Shown: piece by piece, positions 28,948-37,677 of the stretch
Position numbering within the stretch: the stretch's first letter is position 1
Layout of the letters: each line of letters begins with the position of its first letter
Assembly (NCBI GenBank): GCA_030432315.1
Contig: JAUIHM010000003.1
Span: 1,895-65,894, forward strand
DNA length: 64,000 nt
From: Alphaproteobacteria bacterium
GTDB lineage: Bacteria; Pseudomonadota; Alphaproteobacteria; Rhodobacterales; Rhodobacteraceae
Reading direction: 5' to 3'
Notes under the pieces: model-generated
Databases searched by the model: none
What the model was told of the DNA's origin: nothing
The model's input: the letters and a program-made list of their open reading frames with translations, nothing else
Made by a program: the position numbers and the translations under genes

Positions 28948-30420
28948 TCAGGCGCGCGCCTGCTCCTGTCCGGTGGACCCGTTCCCAGCGGTTGCGTCGA
29001 TCGTCACTGAGGCATCTTCCGCCATTTCCGCCTGGGCTGCATCGTCGCGTCCGACAAGCAGTGGCAGCATCGCCGACTGATCGTAGCCGGCATCCGCAGC
29101 ATAGGGCGCGGTCTTCCAGGCGAGGGTATCGAAAGCGCCGCAGTTTTCGCAGACCGGTGCCCAGGCCGAATGCACGTCATTGCACTTTTCACAGATCCAC
29201 TGTGGCCCGCGGGGAGCGGACAGCGCCCGGGTGAGCCAGCCACGCACGACGGTGTCGGGAGCGCCCTGGCCACGTTCGATTGCGGCCATGACGGCGAGGC
29301 TTCGGGTGGTCGGGGATTTTTCCGCGAGATCGCCGAGGGCCTTGCGGGCACCGGGGAAATCCTCGGCGGCAAGCGCCAGTTCCGCGTTCAGCAGCCGGCT
29401 TTCGGGATGGTCCGGCGCACTGGCCGTCAGGGCGGCGAAACGTTTGCGCCGGTCCGCCGGAGATTCGCTCGGTTCGATCGCGGCGAAGGCTGCGGCAAGA
29501 TCCGGGTGCGGCGTTGTCGACCACGCCCGGGTCAGCACGGATTTGGCCTTGCGTTTGGCACCGTTTTCGATGTGAACCTCGGCGGCGAGGGTGGCAGCGG
29601 GCACGAGTTCCGGCGCCAGCCTGTTGGCCTGGAGCGCCGCGTCATTGCGGCGCGCGGTGTTGCCGGAGGCGGCTGCGGCGCGTGCATCGGCCAGCGAGAG
29701 CACCGCGTCGCGGCGCTTGCCGACGTCCCGGGGCAGCAGCCGCGTCTGGACGGAGGCGTTGAGCGTGTCACGGGCACCGGACCAGTCCGCCTGTTGCGAC
29801 TGCATGTCGAACAGCGAGGTGAGAAGGTCGGGATTGTTCGGCTGGATGGCGAACCCCTTTTTTGCCAGGGCGAGGGCCTTTTCGGTGTTTCCCTCCTCCA
29901 GCTGCTGTTTCATCAGTCCCTTGATGCCGGCGAACCGGGTGCGGTCGTCTTCCAGCATGCGCTTGTAATGCGTTAGGGCACGGGCGCGGTCGCCGTTCAT
30001 TTCCGCGGCCTGGGCACTGACGACCGCGGTGACGTCGGGCCGGTTCAGCAGCTTGTCGGCTTTCGCCGCCTTTTTTGCCGCCAGTTTCGAATCGCCGGAG
30101 GCGATGGCGATCAGCCCGTCCGACAGGGCGTTGAAGCCGCGGCGCTCGCGCGAACGGTCGAAATAGCGGGTGACGGCCGTTTCATCCCCGAGAAGGAAGC
30201 GGATCACCGCAACAACGAACCCAAGGATTTTCAGCACCACCCAGGCAGCGATCAGGATTACGACGATGGCGATCAGGAAGCCCATGGGCGAGAGAAACCA
30301 TTCCCGGCCGGCAAAGGCGACGGTGATCTCTCCGGGGGTGTTGAGGATCCACGCCACGCCGAAGGCTGCTGCCACCGCGAGGCCGAGAAAAACAAATATC
30401 TTGATCAGAGACCAGATCAT
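28948..30420 (-). CDS. hemY: HemY-like TPR membrane protein (COG3898)
   Basis: MIWSLIKIFVF N-terminal TMs, TPR helices, C-terminal CxxC...CxxC; position after COG4223. Confidence 0.88.
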   Translation of the reverse strand: MIWSLIKIFVFLGLAVAAAFGVAWILNTPGEITVAFAGREWFLSPMGFLIAIVVILIAAWVVLKILGFVVAVIRFLLGDETAVTRYFDRSRERRGFNALSDGLIAIASGDSKLAAKKAAKADKLLNRPDVTAVVSAQAAEMNGDRARALTHYKRMLEDDRTRFAGIKGLMKQQLEEGNTEKALALAKKGFAIQPNNPDLLTSLFDMQSQQADWSGARDTLNASVQTRLLPRDVGKRRDAVLSLADARAAAASGNTARRNDAALQANRLAPELVPAATLAAEVHIENGAKRKAKSVLTRAWSTTPHPDLAAAFAAIEPSESPADRRKRFAALTASAPDHPESRLLNAELALAAEDFPGARKALGDLAEKSPTTRSLAVMAAIERGQGAPDTVVRGWLTRALSAPRGPQWICEKCNDVHSAWAPVCENCGAFDTLAWKTAPYAADAGYDQSAMLPLLVGRDDAAQAEMAEDASVTIDATAGNGSTGQEQARA

Positions 30421-30436
30421 TTCGCGTGCCTTTCGT

Positions 30437-32164
30437 TCAGTTGGTGGCCGGGTGGCCTGCTTTGAGCTCAACGAGGCCGGCATCCGCTTCGGCGCGTGCA
30501 CGTGCGCGCGTCAGCCAGGACTGCATGGCGGCGGCAGCCTCGGACGGCAGGTGACCGGCTTCCGCAAGCGCGCCGGCGAGGTCCTCCCTGCGAAGGGCCT
30601 CTTCCATGCGCGAAAGTACCGCGTCGGTATCCAGGCCCTCTTTCGGGGCGAGGGAACGGTTGGAGACCTGGGCCTCCAAATAGGCCTGCGCGCGGGAGAA
30701 CAGTCCCTGCCCGGCGCCGGAAACGATCCCGGCGCGGATGGCTTCATGTGCGGAAGGAGAAAAGGATTCCCGCAGCATCAGCAGGGTTGGCACGCCGTCA
30801 GCGGAGTTCTCTGCGAGGCCTGCGGGCACTGCAACGCCCCCGGCCTCCAGCCGTGCGACCGGTTCACTGTAAGGCTGGGCATTGCCAAGGGCGGCGGCGA
30901 TCTGGGCGATGTCAGCCTCGATTGCCGCTTCGGTCATGGCGGTTTCGGCGCTTTCCCGCGTTTCCTCGACTACGTCCTGTGCCTCACTCAGGGCGGCGTC
31001 GAATTCGGTTTTCGACGCCGCGAGCGCGTCGGTGAACGCGGCCTTGGCGGCATCGAGGTCCGCCTGGGCCGAAGCAATCGAGCGGTCGGCGGTCGCCGCG
31101 ACCGTGTCGATCCTTTCCCGAAGGCCGGCGACGCTGTCGGTCAGGTCTCCGACCTCGGCCCGCAGGCCTTCGAGTTCCGAGCGGTAGATGTCGATGTTGG
31201 CGGCGGTTGCCTCGGTGCTCTGTGCGGTGGCGGCAATACCTCCCTGAAGCTGGGTCTTCAGGTCGTCGAGCTGTGCGATCTGGCCTTCGAGGCTGTTTTG
31301 CAGTCGGGCGAGCTGCTGCCGGGTTTCAGGCGCGGCGATATCGTCGACCGCAGCCTTCACCGCGCCGGCGATCCTGGTGTCGGTTTCGGCAACGGCGGCG
31401 CTCAGGGCATCGGAAGCGCGGGCTTCGGATTCGAGCACCGCGGCGCCGACGTGGTCGGCGATCCGGGCGTCGAGCGCTTCCTGGCCTGGAACCGCGGCGA
31501 GTTCGCCGCGCAGGGTGCGGACTTCCTCTTCAAGGGTGGCGACCTGGGCGGTAACGTCGGCTTCCAGCCGGTCGAGGCTGTCCTGGGACAGGGTTGCGCC
31601 CGGCATCATCCAAGCAGCGACCGGTGCCATGCCCGCAGGCAGGCTGGAGGCGATTTTCGGTGCAGCCCAGATCCCGGCGACGGCGCCGGCGAGCAGCAGC
31701 ACCAGCACGAGCAGCGCGCGGGAGGCGAACGAGGGCCCGGCTTCTTCTTCGTAGCCATACTGGTCATGACCCGCTTCCGGCGCTTCGGCGGCCGTGGGCC
31801 GTTCGGGTTCGGGAGAGGTCGCCGGATCGGCTGGCACGACATGCGGCGGCGTCGCGGAAATGGTGGCTGCTTCGCTCTCCGTGGGGGCATTCGGGTCGGA
31901 CTTGAGTTCAATGGGATCGTCGGGGCTGTTCCATTCGTCCGGGGATCCGGATGCGCCTGGGTCCGAATCGGCCGCCGGTTCGGCGGGAGTTTCTTCGGGT
32001 TCTTTCGCATCTGCGAAACCGGTCGATTCGGCAGCAGCCCCCGTGTCCGCCGCGTCGGATGCCACCGGTTCGGCGGTCATGTCGTCCGGATTTACCTGCT
32101 CCGGTGGGGTCGATCCGGTTTCCGATGCGTCATCACCCGTCGTCCCGTTCTTCTTTTCTGCCAT
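30437..32164 (-). CDS. COG4223 / mitofilin-domain protein (alphaproteobacterial Mic60)
   Basis: Acidic N-terminus, single TM, long coiled coil, C-terminal RSLAPKEG...DAVLSR...W mitofilin-type motif; hemD-COG4223-hemY order. Confidence 0.82.
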   Translation of the reverse strand: MAEKKNGTTGDDASETGSTPPEQVNPDDMTAEPVASDAADTGAAAESTGFADAKEPEETPAEPAADSDPGASGSPDEWNSPDDPIELKSDPNAPTESEAATISATPPHVVPADPATSPEPERPTAAEAPEAGHDQYGYEEEAGPSFASRALLVLVLLLAGAVAGIWAAPKIASSLPAGMAPVAAWMMPGATLSQDSLDRLEADVTAQVATLEEEVRTLRGELAAVPGQEALDARIADHVGAAVLESEARASDALSAAVAETDTRIAGAVKAAVDDIAAPETRQQLARLQNSLEGQIAQLDDLKTQLQGGIAATAQSTEATAANIDIYRSELEGLRAEVGDLTDSVAGLRERIDTVAATADRSIASAQADLDAAKAAFTDALAASKTEFDAALSEAQDVVEETRESAETAMTEAAIEADIAQIAAALGNAQPYSEPVARLEAGGVAVPAGLAENSADGVPTLLMLRESFSPSAHEAIRAGIVSGAGQGLFSRAQAYLEAQVSNRSLAPKEGLDTDAVLSRMEEALRREDLAGALAEAGHLPSEAAAAMQSWLTRARARAEADAGLVELKAGHPATN

Positions 32165-32258
32165 AGATTCTTTCCCCGCACCTGCACTGCCGCATGGGAT
32201 ACTAGGCCAAGCATCATGGTGGGACAAGGAAAAGCCCAGACGCCTTTGGTGCCAACGG

Positions 32259-32972
32259 TTAAAGGGACGCCAAAGCTTCCAGCATCCCGGCGCGGTTCGG
32301 TGACGGTGCGATCAGCCGACCGGCGAACGGAAGAGTGCCGAGAGAGGCACAGACGGCCGCGCTCAGGGCGACGCTGCGGGTGCGGGTCAGGTTCCAGTTC
32401 CGCGACCGCGCCGCATCGGCGAACGTCGCGGCGGTGCGGGGTGAAAACAGCGTGACGATTTCGATGTCACCGGCAGTGAGCATGATGTCGGGTTCCTGTC
32501 CGGGCGGGCAGGGGCGCTGAAGATAGATTTCCGCGGCACGCGCGGGAATGCCCGCGGCGCGCAAAAGGCCGGTGAGGTCGCCGGCGGCATGGCGTCCGCG
32601 AATGTGCAGCATCGCCCCCTGACCAGGCCTGTAGGCGCTGCGGGCGAGGGCGGCGAGGGAGGCCACGTCACCATCGGCGGATCGGGCGGCAAATCCGGCA
32701 CTGCGCGCGGCTGCCGCGGTCATTTCCCCGACGCAGAGCGCCGGAAGGCTCCGGTCGGTGGTGCGGGCTGCGATCTGCTCGACGCCGTTGGCCGAGGTCA
32801 GCAGCAAGGCCTGGGTGTCGGAAAGGTCAATCGAGCCTTCCAGCGGCACGATTTCGATCAGGGGCGCGAAGATCGGCGTGAAGCGGCCGGGCAGTGCCGC
32901 CTCGAGCGCCGCCGCGAAGGATCGGGATTGACTGGCGGGCCGGGTCAGCAGCAGGTTCGGGGCAGTGCTCAT
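32259..32972 (-). CDS. hemD: Uroporphyrinogen-III synthase
   Basis: LLLTRP, TSANGV, VGEMTA, FSPRTA. Confidence 0.9.
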   Translation of the reverse strand: MSTAPNLLLTRPASQSRSFAAALEAALPGRFTPIFAPLIEIVPLEGSIDLSDTQALLLTSANGVEQIAARTTDRSLPALCVGEMTAAAARSAGFAARSADGDVASLAALARSAYRPGQGAMLHIRGRHAAGDLTGLLRAAGIPARAAEIYLQRPCPPGQEPDIMLTAGDIEIVTLFSPRTAATFADAARSRNWNLTRTRSVALSAAVCASLGTLPFAGRLIAPSPNRAGMLEALASL

Positions 32973-33057
32973 GTCCTGGTCCTTTGCGTTGCGCGGGCCG
33001 GATCACGGTGTTACCTCCGCACGGGCGTTTAGGCAATCGGCAGACAGGATTTCAGGC

Positions 33058-34152
33058 GTGCGGGACCGCATCATACTTGGGCTGGAAAGCAGCTGCGATG
33101 ACACCGCAGCCGCCGTTGTCCGTGCCACGCCCGGGAATCCGTGCGGCGAGATTCTGTCGTCTGTGGTGTTTGGTCAGGACGGTCTGCACGCGGAATTCGG
33201 CGGCGTTGTGCCGGAAATTGCCGCGCGTGCCCATGCGGAGCGGCTCGATCTGGTGACACGGGCGGCGCTGGTGGAGGCGGATCTTGCGCTCGGCGATATC
33301 GAGGCGGTTGGCGTGACGGCGGGACCAGGGCTGATCGGCGGTGTGCTGGCGGGCGTGATGTTCGCAAAGGGGGTGGCGGCCGGGGCGGGGCTTCCGCTTT
33401 ATGGCGTCAACCATCTGGCGGGACACGCGCTGACGCCGCGTCTGATCGGCGACGTGGCATTTCCGTATCTGATGCTGTTGGTTTCGGGCGGGCATTGTCA
33501 GTTTCTGGCGGTTGAGGGACCGGAGGAGTTCCGGCGGATGGGCGGCACGATTGACGATGCGCCCGGCGAAGCCTTCGACAAGATCGCCAAGCTGCTGGGA
33601 CTGGCGCAGCCGGGGGGACCGGCGGTCGAAGCGGAAGCCCGCAAAGGTGATCCAGTGCGGTTTGACCTGCCGCGGCCGCTGATGGACCGTCCCGGCTGTG
33701 ATCTGTCGTTTTCCGGGCTGAAAACTGCGCTTCGGCGGGTGCGTGACCTGATCGTGGCAGAGAGGGGTGGCCTGACGCGGCAGGATCGGGCGGACCTCTG
33801 TGCCGGGTTTCAGGCCGCGGTGGTGGAGGTGCTGGCGATAAAGACACACCGGGCACTGGAGGCATTCGCCGGGTTGCACGGTCGTTCCGTTCTGGCAGTT
33901 GCCGGCGGCGTGGCGGCGAACGGGCCGATCCGCGGCGCCCTGCAGACCGTGGCAGCGGATGCAGGGTTCGCATGGTCGGCGCCGCCGCTGGCGCTCTGTA
34001 CCGACAATGGCGCCATGATTGCCTGGGCGGCGGCGGAGCGGATGGCGGTTCGGGCGCCCGACGGAATGGACCTTGGCGCGCGTCCGAGATGGCCGCTGGA
34101 TACGGACGCAACACCGATGCTCGGGTCGGGCAGGAAAGGCGCGAAAGCATGA
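33058..34152 (+). CDS. tsaD: tRNA threonylcarbamoyltransferase TsaD
   Basis: [45 protein letters not shown]; GTG start assumed. Confidence 0.97.
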   Translation: MRDRIILGLESSCDDTAAAVVRATPGNPCGEILSSVVFGQDGLHAEFGGVVPEIAARAHAERLDLVTRAALVEADLALGDIEAVGVTAGPGLIGGVLAGVMFAKGVAAGAGLPLYGVNHLAGHALTPRLIGDVAFPYLMLLVSGGHCQFLAVEGPEEFRRMGGTIDDAPGEAFDKIAKLLGLAQPGGPAVEAEARKGDPVRFDLPRPLMDRPGCDLSFSGLKTALRRVRDLIVAERGGLTRQDRADLCAGFQAAVVEVLAIKTHRALEAFAGLHGRSVLAVAGGVAANGPIRGALQTVAADAGFAWSAPPLALCTDNGAMIAWAAAERMAVRAPDGMDLGARPRWPLDTDATPMLGSGRKGAKA

Positions 34153-35105
34153 TCGGCGTGATCGGAGCGGGGGCGTTCGGGACGGCCCTCGCCGTTGTTG
34201 AGGCGCAGGCTGGACGGGATGTAGTTCTGTGGGGGCGCAACGGCGAAGAAATGGCGGAGGCGGAGGCAGCGCGCACCGTTGCACGTCTGCCTGGTGTGAA
34301 ATTGCCGGCCAAACTGAGATGTACCGGAAGACTGACGGATCTGGCTGGTGTCGCGGCGGTGCTGCTGGCGGTCCCGTCGCAGCAGACGGGGGCGTTTCTG
34401 CGCGCACATGCGATGGATCTGCCGCATGTGCCGCTGGTCCTGTGCGCCAAGGGGATCGATGCTGAGGGACTGCGGCTGCAGACGGAAATTTCCGGGGAGC
34501 TTGCGCAGGGCCGGGTGCTTGCGGCGCTGACCGGACCTGGATTTGCCGGAGAAATCGCGCGGGGGCTGCCGACGGCGCTGACGCTGGCCTGTACCGATGA
34601 GGTGGAGGGGCGGGCGTTGCAGGAGATGCTGTCAACGCCGCGGCTGCGGCTCTATCTCTCCCGGGACGCGGTCGGAGCGCAGATCGGCGGGGCGCTGAAG
34701 AACGTGGTGGCGATTGCCTGTGGCCTGGTTTCGGGCGCGAAGCTCGGGGCGTCGGCGCAGGCGGCGCTGATGACACGCGGCTTTGCCGAGATGACCCGGC
34801 TGGCGGTGGCGATGGGGGCGGAGGCGGCGACGCTTGCCGGCCTCTCGGGGCTGGGTGATCTGTCACTGACCTGCAATTCGGCGCAGTCGCGAAATTTCAG
34901 CGCCGGATTTGCGCTTGGTGCCGGCTCGGTTTTGCCGGGCGGCACGGTCGAGGGCGTGGCGACGGCACGGGCGGCCTGCAGGCTCGCTGCACGGCTCGGA
35001 ATTGAAATGCCGATTGCGGCGGCGGTGGCAGATGTGCTCGATGGCACGCGTTCCCTGGCGGAGGCGACGGAAGATCTGCTGGCTCGGCCCCTTAAAAGCG
35101 AATGA
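34149..35105 (+). CDS. gpsA: NAD(P)H-dependent glycerol-3-phosphate dehydrogenase
   Basis: [29 protein letters not shown]; ATGA overlap with tsaD. Confidence 0.96.
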   Translation: MIGVIGAGAFGTALAVVEAQAGRDVVLWGRNGEEMAEAEAARTVARLPGVKLPAKLRCTGRLTDLAGVAAVLLAVPSQQTGAFLRAHAMDLPHVPLVLCAKGIDAEGLRLQTEISGELAQGRVLAALTGPGFAGEIARGLPTALTLACTDEVEGRALQEMLSTPRLRLYLSRDAVGAQIGGALKNVVAIACGLVSGAKLGASAQAALMTRGFAEMTRLAVAMGAEAATLAGLSGLGDLSLTCNSAQSRNFSAGFALGAGSVLPGGTVEGVATARAACRLAARLGIEMPIAAAVADVLDGTRSLAEATEDLLARPLKSE

Positions 35106-35120
35106 AACGGGAGATGACGG

Positions 35121-35408
35121 ATGCTTTTTGCAGTGATGTGTGACGACAAGCCAGGCGCGATCGAGGTCCGGAAGGCCAATCGGCCGGCACATGTGGAGTA
35201 CCTGAAGACCTCAGGTCCGGTTCGCCAGGCGGGGCCGTTCCTCGATGCGGAAGGTCAGATGGTCGGGTCGCTGGTGATTATTGACGTGCCGGATCAGGCG
35301 GCCGCGGATGCCTGGGCGGCAAACGATCCCTATGCCCTGGCAGGTCTGTTTGCATCGGTGAGCATCCGGCCCTGGAACCGGGTAATTCAGTTGCCGAAGC
35401 CGTCCTGA
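35121..35408 (+). CDS. YciI family protein
   Basis: RPAHVEYL, AGP, GSL, DPY. Confidence 0.92.
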   Translation: MLFAVMCDDKPGAIEVRKANRPAHVEYLKTSGPVRQAGPFLDAEGQMVGSLVIIDVPDQAAADAWAANDPYALAGLFASVSIRPWNRVIQLPKPS

Positions 35409-35454
35409 AAAGGTCGACGGGCGGAAATGTTGAGATGCGCACAGGAGGCAGGGC

Positions 35455-35874
35455 ATGAATTACTGGCTTTTCAAATCCGAAGCGTCGACCTGGAGCTGGG
35501 AGCAGCAGGTCGCGAAGGGTGACGCGGGAGAGGAATGGAATGGGGTGCGCAACTATCAGGCGCGCAACAACATGCGGCTGATGCAGTTGGGTGACCTCGG
35601 GTTTTTCTACCTGTCGCAGAAGGAAAAGTCGGTGGTCGGCGTGGTGGAGGTCTGTGCGCTGGCGCATCCGGACAGTACCACCGATGATGTACGGTGGGAA
35701 TGTGTGGACATCAGGGCGGTGGGTGCTTTCCCCCGTCCGGTCACGCTGGATGACTGCAAGGCGGATCCGAGGCTTGCCGACATGGTTCTGGTCAACAACA
35801 CCCGGCTGTCCGTGCAGCCGGTGACAGCGGACGAATGGCGGGTGGTCTGCAGTCTGGGAGGCTATGCGGCCTGA
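35455..35874 (+). CDS. EVE domain protein
   Basis: YWLFKSE, WNGVRNYQARN, RLSVQPV. Confidence 0.95.
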   Translation: MNYWLFKSEASTWSWEQQVAKGDAGEEWNGVRNYQARNNMRLMQLGDLGFFYLSQKEKSVVGVVEVCALAHPDSTTDDVRWECVDIRAVGAFPRPVTLDDCKADPRLADMVLVNNTRLSVQPVTADEWRVVCSLGGYAA

Positions 35875-35880
35875 CGGGCG

Positions 35881-36867
35881 CTACCGGCGCAGCCGTCCGA
35901 TGGCTTCGGTGACGGGGGCGATCACCCAGGAGACTACCGGGATCAGGACAAAGCCGATGGCCAGTCCGGCGATCCCGGCACCGAGCGCGCCGACGGACCA
36001 TTCGACCGCGCCTTGCAGAAAGTCCGGCGCCGCGGCGGCGGCGGCAACTGCGGCGTCATGGATCAGATGCGCCGGTGCAGTCACGCCGAATTCCTCCAGC
36101 CCGTGCAGGATGATGCCGCCCCCGACCCAGGTCATCGCAGCGGTTCCCACAATCGCCAGCACACTGAGAAAATGCGGCATGCCGCGGACCAAACCGACAC
36201 CGAACGCGCGGGACAGGCGGCCGGACAGTGTCTGGCTGTCGTTCCGGGCGAGTGCGAGGCCGAGATCGTCCGCCTTTACGATGATGGCGACGGCGCCATA
36301 GACGGCAAAGGTTACGCATATGCCCACCAGGGCCAGAGCGAACGCCCGGACGGCAAAGCCGCCTGGCGGAATCGCGGCCAGGGTGATCGCCATGATTTCG
36401 GCAGAGAGGATGAAGTCGGTTTTGATTGCGCTGGAGACCTTTTCGGCTTCCAGTGCTTCGGGTGAAGCGGTTGGAGCGACCGGATCGTTTTTCACGGGAT
36501 GCGGGGCATGGTGAAAAAGCGCTTCATACACTTTCTCGGCCCCTTCGTAGGACAGGTAGGCCCCGCCCAGCATCAGAATCGGCGTGATCATCCAGGGGGC
36601 AAACATGGCGAGGATGAGGGCGGCCGGCAGCAGGAACAGCAACTTGTTGCGCAGCGAACCCTTGGTGATCTTGGCAATGATCGGCAGTTCGCGTTCGGCG
36701 GCAAACCCTACCAGATAGCGCGGCGTAACGGCGGCATCATCGATCAGCACCCCGGCGGATTTGGCACCCGCCTTGGCGGCGTGACCGATGACGTCATCGA
36801 CGGAGGCGGCGGCCACCTTGGCCAGTCCGGCGACATCATCCAGCAGTGCAAGCAGTCCGACGCTCAT
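35881..36867 (-). CDS. DUF808 (YedI-like) inner membrane protein
   Basis: GLLALLDD, IDDAAVTP, RELPII, TDFILSAEIM, WVGGGI; start at ATG 36867 after GGGAG. Confidence 0.92.
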   Translation of the reverse strand: MSVGLLALLDDVAGLAKVAAASVDDVIGHAAKAGAKSAGVLIDDAAVTPRYLVGFAAERELPIIAKITKGSLRNKLLFLLPAALILAMFAPWMITPILMLGGAYLSYEGAEKVYEALFHHAPHPVKNDPVAPTASPEALEAEKVSSAIKTDFILSAEIMAITLAAIPPGGFAVRAFALALVGICVTFAVYGAVAIIVKADDLGLALARNDSQTLSGRLSRAFGVGLVRGMPHFLSVLAIVGTAAMTWVGGGIILHGLEEFGVTAPAHLIHDAAVAAAAAAPDFLQGAVEWSVGALGAGIAGLAIGFVLIPVVSWVIAPVTEAIGRLRR

Positions 36868-37006
36868 CGTTTTCTCCCGCCCGGGACGACACGTTGCCGT
36901 CAGGTTCCCATGCCGGAGACTAACCGAAGGTTCAGAGCTTTGACCAGATTGAGTTGGTGGAAGGGACTGCGCGCCTGAGGGATCCGGAGGCAGGTGCTCG
37001 GCACGG

Positions 37007-37049
37007 AAAACGTGTCGGGAGAACCCTCCCCTCAAAGGGTTCTCCCGAC
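37007..37049 (-). terminator. Strong hairpin/terminator
   Basis: Perfect 14-bp stem GTCGGGAGAACCCT/AGGGTTCTCCCGAC with an 8-nt loop, then ACGTTTT on the minus strand. Confidence 0.75.
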
Positions 37050-37270
37050 CGGTGTGTGCGGCCCTGACCCCAGTCGGGGAACCTCTGCGCGCGGCGCGGA
37101 CCCGTCACCAGACCCCACAATGATGAGGTTCCGCAATAGCCGCTGCTGCTGAGATTCCGGAGGCACGCACGACCTCGGACCCGTTGGTCCTTGGTGCAAC
37201 GCCAGAATGCGTGGTGCTTTTACGGAGAGCGATGATTAGAGTTGGGATGCTTCTATCCCGGTCATCGATT
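37007..37270 (-). ncRNA. Candidate structured ncRNA or attenuating leader (family not recognised)
   Basis: Minus-strand TTGACT-N16-CATATT promoter (37303-37276), several nested stems and a terminal 14-bp hairpin; no credible ORF. Confidence 0.45.
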
Positions 37271-37677
37271 GAGCCAATATGACCAAACGAGCGGGGAAGT
37301 CAATCGCGACGTCCTGAAAATTATTTTCAAATTCAATTGCTTAACAAAGAGTTTCCATTCGTGGCCTCACTTGTGCCGCTGGATTTCCCGAGAATTTCCA
37401 GGTCGTTCAGTCTTTTGGGCGGTCCCGCGCCTGCGTCGTCCGGGAGGGCATCGGCGTTTCTTCAGTTGAGGTTTGGCAGGGGGATTTCCGCTCAGGTGGC
37501 CCCGCAGGTCCGAATCGGCGTCTCAGGCGGGCAGGGCGCCGCATCACGTTGCCGCCTGCGGACCTGGTGGAAGTTCCTCCATCGGTTGTTAACCATGGCG
37601 CATCGCCGAACGGTCATTTCGGGACGCCCGAACAAATCGGATACAGATTGTTAAACCAGATGACCTACCCAACCATC

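Noticed and set aside
35455-35874. EVE domain as a 5mC reader partnered with the dcm module
   Set aside because: It lies 23 kb away in the conserved tsaD-gpsA-yciI-EVE core context; nothing links it to the R-M locus
37055-37200. SRP RNA, TPP riboswitch or hammerhead identity for the structured region
   Set aside because: Only fragments match (GGTCAGGGCCG, CTGAGA, TGATGAG); the required GGAAG..AGCAG, GAACCTGAT and GAAA elements are absent
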